Origin: a virus
Lineage: Duplodnaviria; Heunggongvirae; Uroviricota; Caudoviricetes
DNA: 11,045 nucleotides
Reading direction: 5' to 3' (one strand)
IMG/VR virus record: IMGVR_UViG_3300010344_001272
Coordinates: 1 to 11,045 of that record
The translations under genes and the position numbers were made by a program. The notes beneath the pieces are model-generated. The model made no database searches. It worked only from the letters and a program-made list of their open reading frames with translations, and was not told the origin of the DNA. Below are positions 1-6,150 of the stretch, piece after piece; the first letter of the stretch is position 1, and the number at the start of each line of letters is the position of its first letter.

Positions 1-2
1 AC

Positions 3-41
3 CCGATATTAAACAAATGGCTTAAAAAACAAGAATCATGA
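3..41 (+). CDS. 3' end of an upstream gene (partial, ...PILNKWLKKQES*)
   Basis: Open frame from the window edge: CCG ATA TTA AAC AAA TGG CTT AAA AAA CAA GAA TCA TGA. Its TGA (39-41) overlaps the nadE ATG (38-40) in the ATGA arrangement used throughout the window. Only 12 codons are visible, so the product cannot be identified. Confidence 0.6.
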   Translation, partial: PILNKWLKKQES

Positions 42-910
42 ATTACGAACTAGTAGTCTCAAAAATACGAGAGCAATTAAAAAAATATATACAGGTACAT
101 GATATTAAAGCGCTTGTTCTTGGAGTTTCTGGTGGAATGGATAGTGCGCTTTGTGCAGCATTAGCAAAACCGGTTTGTGATGCGGCAGGCATTAAATTAA
201 TTGGAAGAAGTATACCAATATCCGGAAACAAGGAAGACGAAAAAAACAGGGCATTTGAAATTGGAACTAATTTTTGTCATGATTTTGACGAAAATTATTT
301 GATGGATGATGATTTTCAAAGTATTTGGTCTCATTTAGATCCAGAGGGTTGGGATATAGCAGATGAAGAAACCACCAGGAAATTCAGGCAAGGAAATATA
401 AAGGCCCGTCTCAGAATGATTTATCTGTATGATTTAGCGCAACTTCATCATGGAATGGTGTTGTCTACAGACAATCTAACGGAGTATCTCCTAGGGTTCT
501 GGACTCTTCATGGAGATGTCGGGGACTATGGTATGATACAGAGACTGTGGAAATCAGAAGTTTATGATTTGGCCGAGTGGATGGTCAACAACGAAAACTG
601 GAATGAAGAGCAAAAAGAAGCTATTCAAAGTTGTATTGATTGTAATGCTACCGATGGTCTTGGAATTACAAATACAGATTTGGATCAGCTGATGCCGGGT
701 TGGACAGGATCGTCAAGAGAAGGATATAAAAAAGTTGATGAAATATTACAGAACTATGAAATGGAATATGCCACTCATGGAGATGACATTATGGAATATG
801 TAGATTTTAATAGTCCTGTTATAATTCGTCATTTAAAAACACGATTTAAACGAGATAATCCGCATAATATCTCGCGATTTGATCTATTTAAAAAACTTCC
901 TCAGTCTTAA
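38..910 (+). CDS. nadE: NH3-dependent NAD(+) synthetase (single domain, no glutaminase domain), 290 aa
   Basis: PP-loop GVSGGMDSA; GNIKARLRMIYLY (NxxARxRM motif); STDNLTE; GFWTLHGD; LWKSEVYDLA; C-terminal KR..P. There is no N-terminal nitrilase-like glutaminase domain. Confidence 0.93.
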   Translation: MNYELVVSKIREQLKKYIQVHDIKALVLGVSGGMDSALCAALAKPVCDAAGIKLIGRSIPISGNKEDEKNRAFEIGTNFCHDFDENYLMDDDFQSIWSHLDPEGWDIADEETTRKFRQGNIKARLRMIYLYDLAQLHHGMVLSTDNLTEYLLGFWTLHGDVGDYGMIQRLWKSEVYDLAEWMVNNENWNEEQKEAIQSCIDCNATDGLGITNTDLDQLMPGWTGSSREGYKKVDEILQNYEMEYATHGDDIMEYVDFNSPVIIRHLKTRFKRDNPHNISRFDLFKKLPQS

Positions 911-921
911 TTTGTATAATA
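891..921 (+). promoter_or_regulatory. Putative phage promoter, AAAAC-N18-TATAATA, upstream of pncA
   Basis: AAAAAC at 891-896 (inside the nadE 3' end), 18-nt spacer, TATAAT at 915-920 followed by A, 13 nt before the pncA ATG. The same architecture recurs at 7396-7426 and 10923-10952. Confidence 0.55.
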
Positions 922-933
922 CTAAAAAATATT

Positions 934-1551
934 ATGAAAAAAGCACTTATAGTCGTTGACGTTCAAAACGACTTCTGTCCAGGAGGTTCGTTAGCAGTTC
1001 CAGAAGGTGATGAAATAATTCCTCTAATTAATAAACTTTTGCCAGAATTTGATTTGGTTATATTTACTATGGATTGGCATAATCCAGAAATGAAAGCATT
1101 CGCTTCTCAACATGAAGGATTAAGTCCATTTGATAAGTATACAAATCCAGATGGTAACGAAGATATTTTGTGGCCTGATCATTGTGTGGCCGAAACCCCA
1201 GGAGCTGAATTACACAAGGATATTGACATTAGTAAATGCAAAAAGGATTTTTATTTCTTTAAAAAGGGAACCGAAAAAGATTTCCATCCTTATAGCGGAT
1301 TTGGAGGAACTGAGTTAGCAGAATTCTTGAATGAACGAAATATTGAAAGAGTTTATGTTGTTGGTCTTGCATTGGATTTTTGTGTTGCTGATACAGCTAT
1401 TGACGCAGCGATGGAGGGGTTTGACACAGTAGTTATTGAAGATGGAACTCGACCAATAAACAGTGACATAAATGATACTTTGAAAAAATTTCAGGAAGCC
1501 GGAGTAAAATTTATTGAAAGTTGGGAAATGGATATGTATGAACTCATGTAA
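934..1551 (+). CDS. pncA: Nicotinamidase/pyrazinamidase (isochorismatase family), 205 aa
   Basis: VVDVQNDFCPGGSLAV, DWH, WPDHCV, KKG, YSGF, GLALDFCV..TAIDA. Catalytic triad D9/K111/C150 and metal ligands D47/H49/H83 are all present. Confidence 0.95.
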   Translation: MKKALIVVDVQNDFCPGGSLAVPEGDEIIPLINKLLPEFDLVIFTMDWHNPEMKAFASQHEGLSPFDKYTNPDGNEDILWPDHCVAETPGAELHKDIDISKCKKDFYFFKKGTEKDFHPYSGFGGTELAEFLNERNIERVYVVGLALDFCVADTAIDAAMEGFDTVVIEDGTRPINSDINDTLKKFQEAGVKFIESWEMDMYELM

Positions 1552-1885
1552 TTCCATATTAGTACCAAAGAGTAAAAAAGAAATCGACGAAGATTTAAAT
1601 AAATTATCATCAACTAAGAAATTTGGAGTTTTAGTTCTTCATGAGATATCTGATATAATTAATGATAGTTCATTTGAGTTTATCGATGTAGTCATTAAAA
1701 AAATTGAATATAAAATCAATGAGGTTGCAGATAAGTGTGAAGTAAATGTTAAAGTAGAAAAACACATATTAGAAAGAGGAACTATTGATTTAATGATATA
1801 TGTTCAGAAAAAAGCTCCTGAGACTATGTGGTTTGTATCAAGTGAAAAAGAAACAAAAGTGTTTAAAATAATAATAAGGGTATGA
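1538..1885 (+). CDS. Hypothetical protein, 115 aa
   Basis: Open frame. ATG at 1538 preferred over the TTG at 1514 given in the track. The TGA overlaps the next ATG (ATGA at 1882-1885). No recognisable motif. Confidence 0.7.
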   Translation: MNSCNSILVPKSKKEIDEDLNKLSSTKKFGVLVLHEISDIINDSSFEFIDVVIKKIEYKINEVADKCEVNVKVEKHILERGTIDLMIYVQKKAPETMWFVSSEKETKVFKIIIRV

Positions 1886-2322
1886 AACAGACACCTAAAA
1901 GCATTTACGAATTCAAAAAAGGAGATAAAATTACGAGAATAAAACCTTCTAAACCTATTGTAAAAATGGGTGAAGAAGAATTTGTTGATCGTAATTTCAT
2001 TGGAACTCCTTTTATATATGTTGGAATAGCAAATGGATGTATCTACTTAAAACGTATTATATCTGAACAAGCAAAAGAAATGATGTCGTTTTTTAGTATG
2101 TTGAGTGGAGGTTCTGGCGAATCTGCATTAATGCATCTTGAATTGGAAATTTTCGAAGAAGGATGGGATTATTATGTCGACCCAACAACTTTAGGGCTTG
2201 ATGACGAAGGAGAAGAATATTCTGTAAAAGAATTAGAAAAACAGAAAAAAGATGCTATCGAAAATGAAGATTATCAAGAAGCTGAACGCTTACAAAAGTT
2301 AATAGACAAAAGAAGAAAATAA
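1882..2322 (+). CDS. Hypothetical protein with C-terminal UVR (UvrB/UvrC-type) coiled-coil motif, 146 aa
   Basis: C-terminal ELEKQKKDAIENEDYQEAERLQKLI matches the UVR pattern L..(M/K)..A...EDYE.AA.L.D.I. Coupled to neighbours at both ends (ATGA, TAATG). Confidence 0.75.
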   Translation: MKQTPKSIYEFKKGDKITRIKPSKPIVKMGEEEFVDRNFIGTPFIYVGIANGCIYLKRIISEQAKEMMSFFSMLSGGSGESALMHLELEIFEEGWDYYVDPTTLGLDDEGEEYSVKELEKQKKDAIENEDYQEAERLQKLIDKRRK

Positions 2323-3074
2323 TGGCTCTTATTAAATGGGATTATGAAGGCGGTTTAATTGGTAATTCTCCAGATTGGTGGGTTGAAAAAGTAGCCAAAA
2401 TGGAGCCTGATCCATATGAAGAAGAAGAGTGTTGTGAAGATTGCGAGGAAGAAGAGTACGAGGAAGAAGAGGAAGAAGAACACAAGCAAAAAACTCTAGA
2501 AGAAATGCTTCGTGAATACAATAATGTAGAAAACCCCTGGTATGAAGTTCGAGATGAACGATGTATGGAAGATGAAGAAAACGAAGAAGATGATGAAATA
2601 AAAGGCCATATAGAAAGTTTTTTAGAAGCATTTAAAGTTCCAAAAAATAAAAGAAAAAGAGTTAGAGAAATCCTTAAAAAGAAAAATTCTGAAAGAACAC
2701 AAGAAGAAAAGGATTTTCTGAAAGAACTGATTAATCGTACAAAGAAAATTGAAGTTCCTAAAATACAGATTGTCAGACAAGATGAGGACCCAAATGATGA
2801 TGAGGGTGAAGACGAGGAAGAAGATGAGGAAATAAGTGCTGATGAAATTGAAAAAGAACTAGAAGCAGAATATGAAAAACAATTAGATGAAGAACTTCGT
2901 CGTCATCGATCAATTGAGTCATTAAAAAGTCAAATTTACGAGTATAGAGATAAAATAACTGATACGAGAGGATGGGGGGATTTAGATGATCCGTCCGCAG
3001 AAGTTTCTTATGATTGGTCTAGTGTAGCATATTTGAAAGAAATGGAAGACTTCCTTAAAAAATTTGAAAAATAA
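2322..3074 (+). CDS. Highly acidic, low-complexity hypothetical protein, 250 aa
   Basis: Long Glu/Asp runs (YEEEECCEDCEEEEYEEEEEEEH; DDEGEDEEEDEEI) around a basic patch (KVPKNKRKRVREILKKKN). Starts by TAATG coupling. Confidence 0.8.
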   Translation: MALIKWDYEGGLIGNSPDWWVEKVAKMEPDPYEEEECCEDCEEEEYEEEEEEEHKQKTLEEMLREYNNVENPWYEVRDERCMEDEENEEDDEIKGHIESFLEAFKVPKNKRKRVREILKKKNSERTQEEKDFLKELINRTKKIEVPKIQIVRQDEDPNDDEGEDEEEDEEISADEIEKELEAEYEKQLDEELRRHRSIESLKSQIYEYRDKITDTRGWGDLDDPSAEVSYDWSSVAYLKEMEDFLKKFEK

Positions 3075-3107
3075 TTTTTTATCTCAATTTTATTTATTAT
3101 ATTAGCA
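3075..3107 (+). promoter_or_regulatory. Possible promoter in the 60-nt intergenic gap before the first radical SAM gene
   Basis: TTTTTT (3075-3080), 17 nt, then TATATTAGCA (3098-3107). TATATTAG is one mismatch from the Bacteroidota sigma70 -7 element TAnnTTTG. No properly spaced -33 TTTG. Weak in such AT-rich DNA. Confidence 0.3.
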
Positions 3108-3134
3108 AGGTAAAAGTAATTAAACTTATTTGCT

Positions 3135-4034
3135 ATGAATATTCAATCAATTTCAATTGTCGTTCCGACAAAAGGATGCGTTAATCAATGTAAATTTTGC
3201 GTATCCAGAATGCACACCAACGATTACGAAAGTAATTTCAATAAATTTCAAATCCAAAAAAGAATCAAATGGGCCGTAATGAATGGGATAAATACCTGTA
3301 TCATTACTGGGACAGGAGAAGCCTTGCAAAATAAACCTTTTTTATATGCGCTGACGGATATTTTTAAGGAACTTGATCATCCGTTTCCGAATGTCGAATT
3401 TCAAACATCAGGTGTTTTATTGACTGCAGCAGATAATATTCAACATCTTAGAGATTTGGGTGTAAATACTATTTCATTATCTGTATCTGATGTTTATGAT
3501 AATTTCAATACAGAAATAATTGGTATGCCCCCATCCTTACGATTTGATCTTAAGGAACTATGTCAGCGAATAAAATACGAAGGATTTAATCTTCGCTTGT
3601 CATTAAATATGACTAAATATTATGATGATTGCACTCCCAAAGATTTGATAAACAGATGCAAACATCTTGGCGCTGACCAAGTAACATTCCGAAAATTGTA
3701 TTTTGCTGATGACAATTCTGAACAAACACAATGGGTTAAACAAAATTCCTGTGAAAAATTATTGGATGAGATAAAATATTACATTCAAGGAATTCCAATG
3801 GAAATTACTAACGTTGGCGGATTTAAATTGCCCAAACCCGGAAGACCAGCCAACGGAACATTACTTTATAAATTACCATTTGGCGCATCGGTATATTCAA
3901 TAAACGGAATGAGTACGGTTATCGATGCTGATTGTATGTCCAAACAAAATGACGAAGCATTAAAATATGTCATCCTTCGTGAAAATGGAAAACTTTATGC
4001 GCGGTGGGATGATGAAGGAAGCTTAATATTCTAA
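3135..4034 (+). CDS. Radical SAM superfamily protein (core fold only), 299 aa
   Basis: CxxxCxxC at C15-C19-C22 (CVNQCKFC), ITGTGEAL (GGEP-like motif), downstream strand pattern EFQTSG / ISLSVS / LRLSLNM. No Cys-rich SPASM/twitch extension. Confidence 0.9.
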   Translation: MNIQSISIVVPTKGCVNQCKFCVSRMHTNDYESNFNKFQIQKRIKWAVMNGINTCIITGTGEALQNKPFLYALTDIFKELDHPFPNVEFQTSGVLLTAADNIQHLRDLGVNTISLSVSDVYDNFNTEIIGMPPSLRFDLKELCQRIKYEGFNLRLSLNMTKYYDDCTPKDLINRCKHLGADQVTFRKLYFADDNSEQTQWVKQNSCEKLLDEIKYYIQGIPMEITNVGGFKLPKPGRPANGTLLYKLPFGASVYSINGMSTVIDADCMSKQNDEALKYVILRENGKLYARWDDEGSLIF

Positions 4035-4036
4035 AC

Positions 4037-4168
4037 ATGGAAACACCAAAAAAACATTCAGACAAAGAATTATTTGACCTCCTTGCCGGAATTATTGAGC
4101 CTGTAACAAGAGGGTACAAAGAAGTTCTTCCTAAACGTGTCAAAAAAGCTAAAAAAGCTAAAAAATGA
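4037..4168 (+). CDS. Small Lys-tailed hypothetical protein, 43 aa (not in the supplied ORF track)
   Basis: ATG at 4037, 2 nt after the radical SAM stop. Translates METPKKHSDKELFDLLAGIIEPVTRGYKEVLPKRVKKAKKAKK, TGA at 4166-4168. It fills an otherwise unexplained gap in a tightly packed region. Confidence 0.7.
   Translation: METPKKHSDKELFDLLAGIIEPVTRGYKEVLPKRVKKAKKAKK
4142..4165 (+). repeat. Short tandem repeat (AAAAAAGCT)x2 + AAAAAA encoding KKAKKAKK
   Basis: Read directly: AAAAAAGCT AAAAAAGCT AAAAAA at 4142-4165. Confidence 0.8.
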
Positions 4169-4177
4169 CAGTTGATA

Positions 4178-4447
4178 ATGGAATGGTATGATCAAATAGA
4201 AGAGCCTGTACGAGAGATAGTAAAGCTATTACGAAATAATGGTTTTAATACTACTTGTTCTTGTGGTCATGAAATGTATATCGAAGGAGATTTACCTGGT
4301 GCAGATTATGAACTTCAACGGCTTCACAAAATGTTATGGGACTATCTCAGTGAACATAATAAACCCATTAGCTACGAAATAAAATTTGATTTAAAAGTAC
4401 AAGAAGGATTTTTATTATATACACGTTTTTATATTGAATTCAAATGA
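4178..4447 (+). CDS. Small protein with a TYW3/Taw3-like N-terminal motif, 89 aa
   Basis: IEEPVREIVKLLRNNGFNTTCSCGH resembles the ID..I..LV..LN..G..T.SSC.G(H/R) motif of TYW3-like proteins. ATG at 4178 preferred over TTG at 4172. Much shorter than true TYW3. Confidence 0.55.
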   Translation: MEWYDQIEEPVREIVKLLRNNGFNTTCSCGHEMYIEGDLPGADYELQRLHKMLWDYLSEHNKPISYEIKFDLKVQEGFLLYTRFYIEFK

Positions 4448-5616
4448 TTATAAAAAGTATTCTCGACACAGACCTTTACAAGCTTACAATGCAGCAAGCT
4501 GTTGTAAAATTATATCCTAGAGCGAAGGTTCAATATTCCTTTATAAATAGGGGAAAAACAGAATTTCCATTAGGATTTGCTGGAGCTATAAGAAGGGAAA
4601 TCAAAGAAATGGAAAGTCTTTTTCTTTCAAACGACGAAAAAGAATTTTTATCCAAGAAGTGTTATTTTTTGGACCCAGTATATTTGGATTTTCTTCAGGG
4701 TTACAGATTTGATTCTTCAGAAATTGGAATCATTCAAACTGGAGGAAATCTTGAAATAAGTATCGAAGGATATTGGTATCGTACAATTCTTTGGGAAGTT
4801 CCACTGATGGCTATTATTTCTGAACTATATTTTAAAATGACAGGACAGAAACCATGGGGTCGAGTGGATAGAGAACAAAACAATAAAAAGAAAGCTAATA
4901 CCTTTCAAATGAAAGGAATGCATTTCGCTGATTTTGGAACCAGAAGAAGATTTTCATATGATGTTCAAGACGAACTTATTGAAGACTTCATGAATTGTTT
5001 CGGAAATCGAGAAAATTTTGTAGGAACTTCTAATGTTCATTTTGCCCATAAATATAACATTACTCCAATGGGCACACATGCACATGAATGGTTTAGTTTT
5101 CATGCAGCCAAGTATGGTTATAAAATGGCCAATACAATGGCGATGGAAGCTTGGTCTAATGTATTCAGAGGAGACCTGGGGATAGCACTTCCTGATACTT
5201 TTACCTCTGATGTTTTCTTCAGACAATTCGAGAAAAAGTTTTCAAAATTATATGATGGAGTTCGTCATGATTCGGGCGATCCAATCGAATTTGCAAAGAA
5301 AGTAATAGCACATTATGAAAGTCAGGGAATAGACCCTAAATCCAAAACCATCATATTTTCAGATAGTTTAAATACTGAAGCAGCAGTTAAAATAAAAGAT
5401 TTCTGTAGAGGAATCATTAAATGTTCTTTTGGTATTGGAACTAATTTTACCAATGATGTAGGGGTTAAACCCCTAAATATGGTCATTAAAATGACTGCTG
5501 CTAAACCATTTAATGATGAATGGATTCATACAATTAAATTGTCTGATGCACCTGGAAAACATACAGGAAATGAAAAAGAAATTGAAGTTTGTAAACATAT
5601 ATTAAGAATACCATGA
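4444..5616 (+). CDS. pncB: Nicotinate phosphoribosyltransferase, 390 aa
   Basis: SILDTDLYKLTMQQAV, FADFGTRRRFS, GTSNV, GTHAHEW (phospho-accepting His, H214), DTF, GVRHDSGDP, IIFSDSL, FGIGTNFTND, LNMVIK, KLSDAPGK. These are the motifs of the E. coli/yeast-type NAPRTase rather than NadV/NAMPT. Confidence 0.95.
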   Translation: MIIKSILDTDLYKLTMQQAVVKLYPRAKVQYSFINRGKTEFPLGFAGAIRREIKEMESLFLSNDEKEFLSKKCYFLDPVYLDFLQGYRFDSSEIGIIQTGGNLEISIEGYWYRTILWEVPLMAIISELYFKMTGQKPWGRVDREQNNKKKANTFQMKGMHFADFGTRRRFSYDVQDELIEDFMNCFGNRENFVGTSNVHFAHKYNITPMGTHAHEWFSFHAAKYGYKMANTMAMEAWSNVFRGDLGIALPDTFTSDVFFRQFEKKFSKLYDGVRHDSGDPIEFAKKVIAHYESQGIDPKSKTIIFSDSLNTEAAVKIKDFCRGIIKCSFGIGTNFTNDVGVKPLNMVIKMTAAKPFNDEWIHTIKLSDAPGKHTGNEKEIEVCKHILRIP

Positions 5617-5798
5617 AAAAATACGAAGTTTTAGTAATTTACCCAGGAATGTATAGCAGACAATATGACGTTTTAGCATCATCTTTTGAAGTTATAGATG
5701 GTGTTTATTATTTTTGGCAAAATGGTGTTTTGCAATGTACTTTTCCTGCAGGCTTAACAATAATAGAAAAAATAAAAGAACATGAAAGTGACAATTAA
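5613..5798 (+). CDS. Hypothetical protein, 61 aa
   Basis: ATGA-coupled to pncB, with a beta-strand-like alternating pattern. No motif recognised. Confidence 0.7.
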   Translation: MKKYEVLVIYPGMYSRQYDVLASSFEVIDGVYYFWQNGVLQCTFPAGLTIIEKIKEHESDN

Positions 5799-6150
5799 TC
5801 ACTCTTACGAATTAACCAATCAGGACATTGACGATATCATGGTCACTGCATTGGAAGGGGCCATCAACTACTGGTGTGGAGCAGCTCATATTTTATCTGT
5901 TCCCAAAAAGTACATAGATGAAGTTAAATACGCCTCTGATGTTATCAGCGTTGGTGGTCAATTATTATTAACTGATGTCGAGGATCCGGAAGAAAAGTGG
6001 ATTTTGGATAAGAAAAAATTTGTGAAAGGATTTAAAAAACATTGTGAGGAACGAGGTGCAAATCCAGAGGACATGGTAGAAGGACATGACGCTACTGATG
6101 CTGATTGTATAATTCAATATGCATTATTTAACGAAATAGTATTCGGATGA
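5782..6150 (+). CDS. Hypothetical protein, 122 aa
   Basis: Open frame, ATGA-coupled to the next gene. ALEGAINYWC and DATDADCIIQYALFNEIVFG look like conserved blocks of a family of unknown function from phages and mobile elements (recollection, unverified). Confidence 0.8.
   Translation: MKVTINHSYELTNQDIDDIMVTALEGAINYWCGAAHILSVPKKYIDEVKYASDVISVGGQLLLTDVEDPEEKWILDKKKFVKGFKKHCEERGANPEDMVEGHDATDADCIIQYALFNEIVFG

Noticed and set aside
851-874. Inverted repeat CGAGATA / TATCTCG (7-bp stem, 10-nt loop) near the nadE 3' end
   Set aside because: It is inside the coding sequence, has no following U-tract and is short enough to arise by chance, so it is not called a terminator.
2413-2830. GAA/GAG/GAT-rich repeats as a possible CRISPR array or tandem repeat locus
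   Set aside because: These are codon-level repeats encoding Glu/Asp tracts, with no constant 25-45 nt repeat and unique-spacer structure. No CRISPR array was found anywhere in the window.
4165-4191. ATGA-coupled mini-ORF MTVDNGMV* after the 43-aa gene
   Set aside because: It has only 8 codons and overlaps the start of the better-supported 4178-4447 gene in another frame. No evidence of function.
4444-5616. Reading this gene as NadV/Nampt, i.e. the known NARP2 pathway
   Set aside because: The motifs (LDTDLYKLTM, DFGTRRR, GTHAHEW, RHDSGDP, KLSDAPGK) are those of nicotinate PRTase, and the presence of pncA and nadE only makes sense for the deamidated route.
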